DNA of 64,000 nt from a virus, in the IMG/VR virus record IMGVR_UViG_3300035232_000453; one strand, given 5' to 3'. The notes under the pieces are model-generated. The model saw only the letters and a list, made by a program, of their open reading frames with translations, was not told the origin of the DNA and ran no database searches. Positions 8,482 to 18,275 of this stretch are shown piece after piece; position 1 is the first letter of the stretch, and the number at the start of each line of letters is the position of its first letter. The position numbers and the translations under genes are program-made.

Positions 8482-11400
8482 TTAAACATCAATGTAAGTT
8501 GCAATAACTTTCACTGTTGCTGTACCTGAAGTTGGTGTATACTGAAGTTGAACATTGTTGCCCGACATAGTAACACTTGCATCACCAATTAAATCTGTTC
8601 CGGTATAAACCATTGCAAATTCAGTAATGTATGCAGTTGTACCATCGTGTACAACCAATGCTTCTCTTGTTTCGTAGTTACCAGCGCCATCATCAACTTG
8701 AATAATATACTTTGCAGAACGATATAATACACCGTTGAAAGTATCTATTGTTGTTGAACCTGTTGCTGATACGTCCATTCCTTGCACATAAGCCTTAATG
8801 TCTGATGACAAGATATCTGTAGTAACCTGACCCGCTGTCAATACTGGTGTTAAACCATTTTGATTAGCTACAACTACTGCTTGTGTTCCAACCGGTAAGG
8901 CTGAAGCAAACGTAATTGTTTTAGCACTACTGTTGATAGTATAGTGAGTTGCCGGATCCTGAATAACACCACCAACAAATACCATGCTGTTTGCTTGGTC
9001 TGTTGTAAATGTTAATGAATACGTTGTCGCACTACCATCACCTGGGATAGTCTGACGATTGTTACTTGTAAAGATCTCTAGTGGATCTGCAAGTTCCATT
9101 CCAGACTCATCTGCTTTAACTTGTAAAACAAAATCTGCTTTACCTGTATATGAGTTGTCTGAAACGTCAGTTAAGTCAAGTACTGATTCGTTAGTATTAA
9201 TACTAATTACACCAGTTGAACTATCATAAGATGCTAAGCCGTTGCCTGCTACGTCTGTTACAGAAATTGCTGCTCTTGCTCTAGCTGGAGTAAAGTACTG
9301 GTTGCTTCCTTCAGCTAAGTCATCTGTGTCATAAACACTGATGTCTTGTGCTGTGATTGCCGCTTGCATTACTGCTAATGAAACTGCATCACTTGATGCT
9401 GAAGCTGTACCTAGTCCAGTTATCATGTTACTATCCATATCAACATCACCTGACATAGTTCCACCAGCTAGTGGTAGTCTTGCCGCGATTGCTGTTACGT
9501 TAGTTGCGATATCTGTTACGTTAGTTGCTACTTGTGTTGTGTTAGCCGCTACTGCGCCTGTTAAAGTACTGTCTGCATTTGTGAATGCATTAACAATTTC
9601 TGTTAATGAATCTAAAGCTGCTGCATCTGTATTGTTTTGAATAAACGCAATATCAGTTTCGTTTGCACCCACACGTGTATCTAGTGCCGTAATTGCACTT
9701 GTGTTAGTTGCCACATTAGCTGTTAATGTTGCATCTGCTGCCAAATAAGCTGTATCAACTGCTTTAATTGCCGCGTCCAGTTTCATATCAGCGTCTGCTA
9801 ATGTTGAAGCTGCATCGTGGTAGTTAGATGTAGTTGGAGCTACATAGGCACCCGATACGTCTAAGCCTGCGCCTGCCTGTGTTGCAGTAATTTCAACTAA
9901 GTTAGCCGCCGAAGCTGCTGCGTTTGCTGATTCTGCCGCTCTTGCAGTTGAAGCCTCAGAAGTGATAGCATTAGCATTAGCTAATTCTGCCGCTCTTGCT
10001 GTTGATGCTTCTGCTGAAATAGCCGATGCATTTGCTTGTTCTGCCGCTCTTGCCGTTACTGCTTCTGCTGTAATATCACTTGCGTTTTGGGCAATTGCTG
10101 TTACGTTAGTTGCAATACCACTTGTGTTAGTTGCAATGTTAGTTACGTTAGTTGCAATATTAGTTGCGTTTGTACCTTCAGCTGCTCTAGCCGTTACTGC
10201 CTCTGCTGCAATTGCGTCTTCATTTGCTTTAACTGCCGCGTCTAGTAATACGTCTACTGCTTTCATTGTAGAACCACTATCCATGTAGTTTGTTCCACTA
10301 TGTGCTGTAAATGAACCGTCTGCGTTTAAGCCAACTGCTGTTTCTATTGCGTCAACTTCAACTTGTAATGCTTGCAATCCTGCTGTTGAACCTGTGTTCA
10401 ATTCATTGATCGCTGCAGTTACAGTTTGTGCTGTAGTTGTAAGTACTGTTGAACCCATTTTTGTTTCTAATGCGTCAACATTTGCTTCTTCAGTTGTTAA
10501 GCGTCCGTCTAGTGCTGTATCTGCCGCTGCAAACTCTGTACGAATTAACGCACGGTCTGAAGTTGCTGCAGTTGACAAACCAGTTAATGTTGCGTCAACA
10601 CTTTGGAATTCAGTAACAATTTCTGCTAATGAGTTAAGTGCTGTTGCATCTGTGTTTGACAAGATGTTAGCAATTGCAGTTGTGTTAGTTGCCACGTCTG
10701 CTGTTAGTACACCTTCTGCCGCTCTTGCAGTTGCTGCCTCAGTGTTAATCGCTGATGTATTAGATGCGATATCTGAAGTGTGTGAAGCTAATAAAGTATC
10801 ATGTGCATTATCTTTATTTGTTGCACGAGTTACTTCGTTAGAGATAGCTAGTGTATTAGCTGCCTCAGCCGCTAAAGCACGAGTTTCTTCTGCCGCAATA
10901 TCGTTTGCGTTTTGTAGTTCTGCTGCACGAGCTGTTGAAGCTTCTGCAGTAATGTTGCCTTGCAATGTAGTATCTGCAGATGTTCTGTTAGTGATTTCAC
11001 TAGCAAGACCTGCCGTGTTAGTTGCAATATCACTTGTGTTAGTTGCAATGTCACCTGTGTTAGCAGTGATAGCCAATGCATTTACTTGCTCAGCCGCTAA
11101 AGCACGAGTTTCTTCTGCTGTAATTGCTGCTACATTTAAAGCTACTTGTGTTGTGTTAGCCGCTACTGCGCCTGTTAAAGTACTGTCTGCATTTGTGAAT
11201 GCATTAACAATTTCTGTTAATGAATCTAAAGCTGCTGCATCTGTATTACTAATGATGTTAGTAATGCTACCTTCTGCTGCAGTTACACGTGTATCTAACG
11301 CTGTATCTGCACTTGCTCTAGTAGTTGCTTCAGCATTAATGTCTGTTGCGTTTGCTGCCTCTGCCAAACCTGCACGAGTTACCTCTGCTGATAAGTTTGT

Positions 11401-12246
11401 TGTCAACGTTGAGATATCTGCATTAGTGGCTGAAATTTCAGCTGCTAAACCATTTGTTAATGTTGTGATATCACCTTCGTTTGCAGTTACACGAGTGTCT
11501 AGTGCATTATCTGCCGCTAGTCTTGTTGCTGCTTCTGAAGTTATTGCTGATGCATTTGCTTGCTCTGCCGCTCTTGCCGTTACTGCCTCTGCTGCGATTG
11601 CAGTTGAGTTAACGCCCTCTGCTGTTGTAGCACGATTTACTTCGTTTGTAATTGCAGTACCGTTTGCTGCTACTGCTGCCGTTAATGTACTATCTGAACT
11701 TTGGAATTCTGCAACGATCTCTGCAAGAGAGTTCAATGCAGTTGCATCTGTGTTCTGAATAATATTACTAATTTGTGTTTGTAAACCAGCGTCTGCTGCC
11801 TTATAAGCTGTGTCTAGCGCCGTATCTGCCGCTGTACGATCACTTACTTCAGTAGCAAGGTTGTTAGTTAATACAAGCTCTGCTGCCAACGCACGAGTTT
11901 CTTCTGCAGTAATGTCTGTAGCATTCTGAGATTCTGCTGCACGAGCAATTGACGCCTCTGCTGCAACTGCTGACGCAATGTCTGCCGCTACTGCCGACTG
12001 AGCACGTGCTGGTGTAAAGAATAATGCACCTGCATCTTCAGTTAGATCTGATGTATCAAAAGATCCAATTAAATTTGCTGCCGTAATTTTCTTTAATGTT
12101 GACGTACCTGAGTCATGTACTAATAGTGTGTCTAAATCCACTAGAGCTGTTGTTGCACCTTGGCCTGAAACTGCACTTGCATCTAGTTTTGTGTTAAGAA
12201 CTGAATTGTCCCCTAACGCTGGACTCTTAATTTGTCTAAAAGCCAT
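8482..12246 (-). CDS. Long coiled-coil fibre protein (head/neck/tail fibre)
   Basis: Start reassigned to MAFRQIK (GGAG RBS); ExxRAxAAE heptad-like repeats, four NTDxxALxSLxEIV motifs, C-terminal YRSAKYIIQV beta domain. Confidence 0.8.
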   Translation of the reverse strand: MAFRQIKSPALGDNSVLNTKLDASAVSGQGATTALVDLDTLLVHDSGTSTLKKITAANLIGSFDTSDLTEDAGALFFTPARAQSAVAADIASAVAAEASIARAAESQNATDITAEETRALAAELVLTNNLATEVSDRTAADTALDTAYKAADAGLQTQISNIIQNTDATALNSLAEIVAEFQSSDSTLTAAVAANGTAITNEVNRATTAEGVNSTAIAAEAVTARAAEQANASAITSEAATRLAADNALDTRVTANEGDITTLTNGLAAEISATNADISTLTTNLSAEVTRAGLAEAANATDINAEATTRASADTALDTRVTAAEGSITNIISNTDAAALDSLTEIVNAFTNADSTLTGAVAANTTQVALNVAAITAEETRALAAEQVNALAITANTGDIATNTSDIATNTAGLASEITNRTSADTTLQGNITAEASTARAAELQNANDIAAEETRALAAEAANTLAISNEVTRATNKDNAHDTLLASHTSDIASNTSAINTEAATARAAEGVLTADVATNTTAIANILSNTDATALNSLAEIVTEFQSVDATLTGLSTAATSDRALIRTEFAAADTALDGRLTTEEANVDALETKMGSTVLTTTAQTVTAAINELNTGSTAGLQALQVEVDAIETAVGLNADGSFTAHSGTNYMDSGSTMKAVDVLLDAAVKANEDAIAAEAVTARAAEGTNATNIATNVTNIATNTSGIATNVTAIAQNASDITAEAVTARAAEQANASAISAEASTARAAELANANAITSEASTARAAESANAAASAANLVEITATQAGAGLDVSGAYVAPTTSNYHDAASTLADADMKLDAAIKAVDTAYLAADATLTANVATNTSAITALDTRVGANETDIAFIQNNTDAAALDSLTEIVNAFTNADSTLTGAVAANTTQVATNVTDIATNVTAIAARLPLAGGTMSGDVDMDSNMITGLGTASASSDAVSLAVMQAAITAQDISVYDTDDLAEGSNQYFTPARARAAISVTDVAGNGLASYDSSTGVISINTNESVLDLTDVSDNSYTGKADFVLQVKADESGMELADPLEIFTSNNRQTIPGDGSATTYSLTFTTDQANSMVFVGGVIQDPATHYTINSSAKTITFASALPVGTQAVVVANQNGLTPVLTAGQVTTDILSSDIKAYVQGMDVSATGSTTIDTFNGVLYRSAKYIIQVDDGAGNYETREALVVHDGTTAYITEFAMVYTGTDLIGDASVTMSGNNVQLQYTPTSGTATVKVIATYIDV
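9527..11247. repeat. 107-bp perfect direct repeat (9527-9633 and 11141-11247)
   Basis: Identical sequence gctacttgtgttgtgttagcc...gcatctgtatt, 1614 bp apart (in frame). Confidence 0.9.
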
Positions 12247-12418
12247 ATAGATTTCTCCAATCAAATATATTTGATTCCTTATAATCTTTACAAGGAAAAA
12301 TTAAATGTGGTATATGAACTCCACATTTAATACACAGGTTGAAACCCGTGCAATGTATTTACCTATACTGCAATAGAATTAAGTTATTTGAGAACTTGTT
12401 TTTTGAAAATATATTTCC

Positions 12419-14002
12419 CTAGATTGGGAAATATCTGAAGTCAACTGTTGAACTTGTTGACGGTGCATTTGTGATTGTTAATGTTGATCCACTAATGCTA
12501 TACTCTGTTGGTTGTAGAATTAAACCATCTACAATAACTAACATACTGTGAACGCTGTGTCCGCTCTGAATAGTATATTGTGTTGTAGTGTTATCTCCCA
12601 CATATTGACTACTAGTATATATCAAATTTAAGTGCTGGTTTCCTACAGAGTTATTTAATAAATTTACATTAGTTGCACTTGGATATCTATACTTGACATA
12701 TATTTCATCACCACTTGCAGGAATTTCATTAAATGATAGTGTTGTTCCATTTAGTGAATAAATGCTAGGACGTTGTAAAACATCATTTACGTATACGTCA
12801 ATTGATTCTTCATCTGCTGGTGCATCTGTTAATGTGTACGATGTTAATGATCCGTTTCCTGTAAATACTTGAGAAGCAGGTAACGGATTGGATGTAATAC
12901 TGTTGTTTGTAAAAGAAAAATTTCCATTACCATCTGTTTGTAATACTTGTCCACTTGTACCATCGCTAATACCTAAGTCAAGTATTCCACTTACGTCACT
13001 AGCAATTGTTATACCTTTAGAACCAGTAGTAGTAACCGGAGTAATTGTAATATTATTACCAGCACGTATTGATATTTCATCAACCGCTGCCGCTATAATA
13101 TCAGTTGGTGTTGTATCACTAACTGTATCATAAATGTGCCACGTTTTAAATGTGGATTCAATTGTAACTGTTACTGTACCGTCTGCGTTATCAGTTAATG
13201 CAAAACCGCCGTCAACATTGAAGTTAATACCTGTTACATTTGCTACTTCTACGTTTGATACTGGGTCGTTAATTTCCTTAACTGAGAGCGCCAAATCGCT
13301 TCGTATAGAGGTGTTTATGTTTGCAAGCTCTGTTGATGTTGCAAAGGCACTATCTGCTGACTGGAAGCTATTTACAATTTCTGTAAGAGAGTCTAGTGCT
13401 GCAGGATCTGTATTTGACAGTATGTTATTAACTTGCGTTTGTAATGCAGTAATATCAGCAGTAATACTAGATGATACTACTCCTCTGTTACCAGAGTATG
13501 TTGCACCTGTAATATAAACACTTTTGCCAGAAAAATTAACACCATTTGGTAAGTTATCACCAATAAAGTTTAGTACACCTGATTGATAATCAAAGAACCA
13601 TTCATCGTTATTACCACTACCAGTAGTAAAGACTTTGTTGGACATTGTTTCAGCACCAGCGGCATCACCACTAGTATGAACATAAACATTTACAAGATAT
13701 GTTGAACCAAATTCTGTTGGAATCCAATCTGTGATTCCTGTTTTCCAAGTTCTATTGCCTGTTGCAGTAATATCTTCGGTTGCTTCAATTGCCGTTTGTA
13801 GTGTTACATAACTATTAGAAGCAGAAGGCTTTACTGCTGGAATACTTCCAGACTCTGCCCAAATCGTATCACCACGTATTAGTAATGGACTTGGTAAACT
13901 TTCGTTGGCTGCAAGTTTGTTAAAGACTGTATCAGTTTTAGTTGCACCAAAACCAACTTTCTTAAATAGATAGTCTAACTTTTGATTATCGGAAATTGCC
14001 AT
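12419..14002 (-). CDS. Virion structural protein
   Basis: WFFDYQSGVLNF motif, NTDPAALDSLTEIV motif, two C-terminal GNGSxTxYTL...VYVNDVLQ beta domains. Confidence 0.7.
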   Translation of the reverse strand: MAISDNQKLDYLFKKVGFGATKTDTVFNKLAANESLPSPLLIRGDTIWAESGSIPAVKPSASNSYVTLQTAIEATEDITATGNRTWKTGITDWIPTEFGSTYLVNVYVHTSGDAAGAETMSNKVFTTGSGNNDEWFFDYQSGVLNFIGDNLPNGVNFSGKSVYITGATYSGNRGVVSSSITADITALQTQVNNILSNTDPAALDSLTEIVNSFQSADSAFATSTELANINTSIRSDLALSVKEINDPVSNVEVANVTGINFNVDGGFALTDNADGTVTVTIESTFKTWHIYDTVSDTTPTDIIAAAVDEISIRAGNNITITPVTTTGSKGITIASDVSGILDLGISDGTSGQVLQTDGNGNFSFTNNSITSNPLPASQVFTGNGSLTSYTLTDAPADEESIDVYVNDVLQRPSIYSLNGTTLSFNEIPASGDEIYVKYRYPSATNVNLLNNSVGNQHLNLIYTSSQYVGDNTTTQYTIQSGHSVHSMLVIVDGLILQPTEYSISGSTLTITNAPSTSSTVDFRYFPI

Positions 14003-17000
14003 TAACTAGCCTCCCCAATTGATATACTAGTTATTTCTTTTCCACTTGCTAATGCTACTCTAACCAACACAACATTATTTGTTGCGTTACTCATATTTTC
14101 ACTACCTAGTGTCATTGTATAACTTGAATTGATACTGGAACCTGTTGGAACAACATCAGCACCTGTTAACGCACAACCATCTGCACCGTTACCGCCATTA
14201 GCAGTATCGCTACCCGGTATACCAGCACCTGCGTACTGACTTGTACATTCAATCCATCCATTTAATCCACTAGCATTATCTACGCCAGTTCCAGGAGCTG
14301 CAATCCACATACCAGCTATTCCGTTTGAAGTAATGTTAATATCAAAATTAGCAACAACTTGTCTGCGGAAAGCAAAAGTAAAATACTGTGTTCCAGTATC
14401 TGCACTTCTGTCTGGTCCAACTGGTAAAAATCCTGTTGAATAGTCTGTAGTATTATGTTCTAATGTACCCCATCTTACAGTAGCTTCTTGTGTTCCACTT
14501 ACACTTACTGCACCAGTAAATGGTGTAGCAGTATAATCTGTTGAACCTGTTATAGTTGGTGTATCAGTTGTAGCATTTACAAAATCTGCAATACGCAAAC
14601 CGTCTTCAGTAATTGTTCCATTACCTAAGCTATTTGCTACTGGTATATTGTCTTCTATAACACCTGTAGGATTAGCAGTATGCACCTGTACAGCGGTGTT
14701 AGTTAGTTCTGCATAGTTTGAGCTACCATTTACATTATTCGCTTTAAATTTAAGCGTTTCGACTGCTTTAACACTACTTGTAGTAATGTTAATTGTTTGG
14801 TCTGCTAATGCATATGATGAACCAAATCCAGTATTAGCATTTGGTATACCTGCTGTTAAATACGAAACTGCTTCCAGGTTTGCATATCCTTTATACTGTG
14901 TACTAATGGTTGCACCACTTGTACTTTCTGAATTAGTACCGTTAGCAATTTCAAATACATTGTTTGTATCTCTATATGCTTGACCAATCCAGTCAGAAAG
15001 TGATGCACCACTAAGTGTGAGGGTAGGGCTTCCTGTGTTGTAGTATGGAATTCCAGATATGTATCTGTAACTACCTGCGGTGCTTTCTGTCAAAGTAGCA
15101 CTTGTTAAGTCAATAGTAGGAACGCTAGTTAAGTCATCACAAATAACTGTCACGTAGTTAGTATTGCCTGTTGCATTATGCTCTATTCTTTGATCATTAA
15201 CACCAGTTGAATATTCAGCAAATGGTTTAGTAATTTTTGCATCAAATGTTTGGAAAAATCCAGTAGGATAAGTTGAAGAACTTATACTGTCATTTGCATC
15301 TCTTTGATCACTAATTACCAAGCTGTCAAAAGTACCGTTTTCATTTAAGGAAGTAGTAAACGCTTTTGAACCATCTGCTGAACCGTTAACAATTGCAGTT
15401 GCAGTACCACTTAAACCATTATATACATTTTGTGCAATGCTGGTGTCAATAGTACCGTTAGTATATCGTCTTTCGGTATTTGTTTTTAAACTTGCTCCAG
15501 CCGAGACTGGTGATGTTGCACTATTATCAGTAAAGTTATTAGCTAGTTTAGGATCAATACCCTGTGCGGAATCAGTAAGTGTAATTGTTTTTGTACTTAA
15601 TCCGCCTGGTGCGTTTGGCACTGCATTAACTTGAAAAGTTAAGCTGGCCGAATCTGTTTGAGCTGTTATATCTGGAGTACCTGTTGCGGTAAAATCTAAT
15701 TGATAGTTACCCGGTGTTACTCCTGTAAAGTCGTGTTGGACACTTGTTAGTCCTGCTTCATTATTATTAGCACTACCATCGTTCCAATCGTATTCATGAT
15801 TGTCACCATTTTCACTTGTGTTGTTTACAGTAACTAATGCTCTGTTTACGCCGGTATAATCTACGCCGTCATATACATCATATTGATTATCGCCGTTGCG
15901 ATCTGAAACTGTATCTGCACTACCCAAGATGTTTGCTCTAACATCTGGTTCTACGTGAATTACAAAATCTATACTTTCAAAAGGACTGCTAGTATGATCG
16001 CTTAAAACTTGCAAATTACCTGTGTAGTCCATTGCTACACTATTATCTAATAAAGTGTATTTGTGTGTTATTGTTCTAGCAGTATCTCCACTTTGATTAC
16101 TGCCTACATTTACAGTTGTAATTGTACCATCGCCAAAGTCCCATAGATAACGTGTTCCGTATGTACTATAGCTTCCTATAGTTGCTTCAGTGCCATTAGT
16201 AAATGTTACTGTTAATCCGTTATTTGATTCTTCGTTAATACCTGTTGTAATGTCTGATGTTGCATCTGGTGTATGTGTGTCATAAATTTTATAACTTGCA
16301 TCATCATCTAATGGAAGTAATGATGGCGTAGCTGTGCTATGACTGTCTAATGTTAGTGTAACGGTTCTTTGCACTTCTTGTTGTGTGCTAAGAGCAAATG
16401 TGTGGGCTATACGTCCTCCGCCTACGCCACCTGCTACACTATCTAAGTTAATAACATCATCTGCGGAACCATCTGCCCAATCCCATGTGTATTGAATTAC
16501 TGCTCCCGATGTGTTAGTTGTTGTATTTTCAAAATAGACAGTATCGCCATCATCCCAATGTGTAATTGCGTTGCCACCAGTTGGTGCATCGTATACTACA
16601 AATGAAACGGCTGGATCGCCTGTGAAGATTGTAATATAATCTTCTCTTAATTTTTGTACTGAGCTACCAGCGCCTGTTCCTGTGTTATTAAATGCTGTAA
16701 CATTTACATCAAAGGGACTACCAGTGTTGGTTGCGTATGTGTGAGTTGGAGTTGAGTCTGTTGTTGCGGTTGTTTGAGTGCCATCGCCCCAATCAATTGT
16801 ATATCTGTTTGGGTCGCCAACAGTACTGATGGTTAATGTTGCAGTTAGTCCTGCTCCACCTGTTACTATATCAGAAACAAAATCTACAGACTTAACATAA
16901 GCACCTATTCTTATGTTTTCAATAATTTCTAAAACAGTAGCAGTATCGGCATCGCCGCCTGCATCAACATTTGATATTGCTGTTTCTAAAAATACTTTTG

Positions 17001-17145
17001 TTACAAGGTCTTGCGGGTCAACTGGGTCTGATGCGTTTTTTACAATTTTAGCGGAAACATCAATATTGTTTGCCGCTCCTGCATCTAGTATTAGATCAGA
17101 TTCAGATTTAATTTTATCTGCCTGATGATTTATGTTTATAGCCAA
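14002..17145 (-). CDS. Virion protein with multiple PKD/Ig-like domains
   Basis: Repeated YxWDW/FGDG...xHTY motifs; TTG start; late-like box GTTAAATA at 17198-17205. Confidence 0.75.
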   Translation of the reverse strand: MAININHQADKIKSESDLILDAGAANNIDVSAKIVKNASDPVDPQDLVTKVFLETAISNVDAGGDADTATVLEIIENIRIGAYVKSVDFVSDIVTGGAGLTATLTISTVGDPNRYTIDWGDGTQTTATTDSTPTHTYATNTGSPFDVNVTAFNNTGTGAGSSVQKLREDYITIFTGDPAVSFVVYDAPTGGNAITHWDDGDTVYFENTTTNTSGAVIQYTWDWADGSADDVINLDSVAGGVGGGRIAHTFALSTQQEVQRTVTLTLDSHSTATPSLLPLDDDASYKIYDTHTPDATSDITTGINEESNNGLTVTFTNGTEATIGSYSTYGTRYLWDFGDGTITTVNVGSNQSGDTARTITHKYTLLDNSVAMDYTGNLQVLSDHTSSPFESIDFVIHVEPDVRANILGSADTVSDRNGDNQYDVYDGVDYTGVNRALVTVNNTSENGDNHEYDWNDGSANNNEAGLTSVQHDFTGVTPGNYQLDFTATGTPDITAQTDSASLTFQVNAVPNAPGGLSTKTITLTDSAQGIDPKLANNFTDNSATSPVSAGASLKTNTERRYTNGTIDTSIAQNVYNGLSGTATAIVNGSADGSKAFTTSLNENGTFDSLVISDQRDANDSISSSTYPTGFFQTFDAKITKPFAEYSTGVNDQRIEHNATGNTNYVTVICDDLTSVPTIDLTSATLTESTAGSYRYISGIPYYNTGSPTLTLSGASLSDWIGQAYRDTNNVFEIANGTNSESTSGATISTQYKGYANLEAVSYLTAGIPNANTGFGSSYALADQTINITTSSVKAVETLKFKANNVNGSSNYAELTNTAVQVHTANPTGVIEDNIPVANSLGNGTITEDGLRIADFVNATTDTPTITGSTDYTATPFTGAVSVSGTQEATVRWGTLEHNTTDYSTGFLPVGPDRSADTGTQYFTFAFRRQVVANFDINITSNGIAGMWIAAPGTGVDNASGLNGWIECTSQYAGAGIPGSDTANGGNGADGCALTGADVVPTGSSINSSYTMTLGSENMSNATNNVVLVRVALASGKEITSISIGEAS

Positions 17146-17221
17146 CTTCTTCTATTCCTCACAATTTCGCCGCTCTTGCGTTTTTGTTATACTTACTTAT
17201 TTAACCAGCGTTTATTAATTA

Positions 17222-17830
17222 TTAATTTACGCTAGGGTTTCCATATAAGGAAAGAATAGCCCAACCAGACTCAGTAAAAATAAATTCTGCACACTGACCA
17301 ATGGTTACAAATGATATGTCTGTTCCATTTAAGAACGTGTCTGGTGTGACAACAATTGTACTACTTGGAGTATCAGTTACTACTAAAATTTTTCTTTCAC
17401 CTTCAATGCCATCTGCTAATGTTAGTGCAGTGCTAGTTGATGCATTTAGATAAACTGTGCCAGATGTTGATAAGGATACAGAGTTTGTAGCTGATGTTTT
17501 AACTGATACTACTTTTTGTAAAAATGCAATATCCCAAGGACTACTATTTGTTCCTAGATCATATTGTATTCCAGAATCAGTATTTGGTACAACATTACTG
17601 TTTACGTTTGCATTCAGCGTTAATGATCCTCCTGCGTTTCCTAATGATATAACGTTTCCGTTTACAACAAGAGTACCGCCGACATATAAATTGTCTAATA
17701 TGCCTGCTCCGCCTCTTACGCAAAGAGCAGATGTTGTTGATGCTAAATTCAAATCAGCAGCATTAACGTCTAATACGTTAGTGCTTTCTATTACTAGTGT
17801 TCCAGAATCTGGGTTAATGTGTGATGACAT
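17222..17830 (-). CDS. Virion structural protein
   Basis: ALCVRGGAGILDNLYVGG beta repeat and LTLADGIEGERKILV motif; late box GATAAATA at 17868-17875. Confidence 0.6.
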   Translation of the reverse strand: MSSHINPDSGTLVIESTNVLDVNAADLNLASTTSALCVRGGAGILDNLYVGGTLVVNGNVISLGNAGGSLTLNANVNSNVVPNTDSGIQYDLGTNSSPWDIAFLQKVVSVKTSATNSVSLSTSGTVYLNASTSTALTLADGIEGERKILVVTDTPSSTIVVTPDTFLNGTDISFVTIGQCAEFIFTESGWAILSLYGNPSVN

Positions 17831-17903
17831 AATACTTTCTTCCTACTACTTCCTTTTATTATATATGTATTTATCAAAGACAAACCTTTTTGGCTGCTCA
17901 AAG

Positions 17904-17927
17904 AAAAAGACGCCAAAGCGTCTTTTT
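17904..17927 (-). terminator. Rho-independent terminator (bidirectional-looking) ending the candidate ncRNA
   Basis: AAAAAGACGC-TTTG-GCGTCTTTTT. Confidence 0.85.
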
Positions 17928-18146
17928 AGAATAAGCAAAATAGGTAGGATTCGGTTATACCTACAACCCCATAACACAGATACCATCTGAAATAAGGGAG
18001 CCAAGTTCCGCTTAGTATTGCGATGTGACACAGCGTATTTCTACTACCACGCCTGGGTACTACCCCTAACTTGCCAAGTTCGACCCTCTGGTAAAGGCCT
18101 CTTCCTTGCACTATAAACATTGAGCCGCTAAACTCTTTGTTGCTAT
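17904..18146 (-). ncRNA. Stand-alone structured RNA, about 240 nt (possibly manA-motif-like, unverified)
   Basis: Own promoter and terminator, GC-richer than flanks, several hairpins by eye (GAGUU/GGCUC, GGCCUUU/GAGGGUC, GGGU/ACCC, GCGU/ACGC, CAGAU/AUCUG, GUAGG/CCUAC); no credible ORF. Confidence 0.7.
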
Positions 18147-18152
18147 GTACTT

Positions 18153-18181
18153 AATATACAACATATTTGTACAAAGGTCAA
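18153..18181 (-). promoter_or_regulatory. sigma70-type promoter TTGACC-N17-TATATT
   Basis: -35 at 18181-18176, -10 at 18158-18153, immediately after the capsid-gene terminator. Confidence 0.7.
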
Positions 18182-18222
18182 CCTTTATTTAATAAAAAAT
18201 TAATCTTTTTTAAAAATAAGCC

Positions 18223-18253
18223 AAAAAAATAGGCCCAATAAAGGGCCTATTTT
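18223..18253 (-). terminator. Rho-independent terminator of the capsid operon
   Basis: AAAATAGGCCC-N6-GGGCCTATTTT plus T-run. Confidence 0.85.
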
Positions 18254-18275
18254 AGTATTACTTGTTAAGTTCGGT

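Noticed and set aside
2936-13517. Long antisense and alternative-frame ORFs over fibre genes (e.g. 10394..11758 +, 6560..7576 -)
   Set aside because: Shadow frames produced by repetitive Ala/Thr codon usage; no RBS or recognisable motifs.
17846-18120. 61-aa and 64-aa ORFs over the candidate RNA
   Set aside because: No RBS, atypical composition, one crosses the terminator; structure explains the region better.
17904-18146. tRNA, tmRNA, RNase P or SRP identity for this RNA
   Set aside because: No cloverleaf with CCA end, no GAGGAAAGUCC, no SRP domain IV motif seen.
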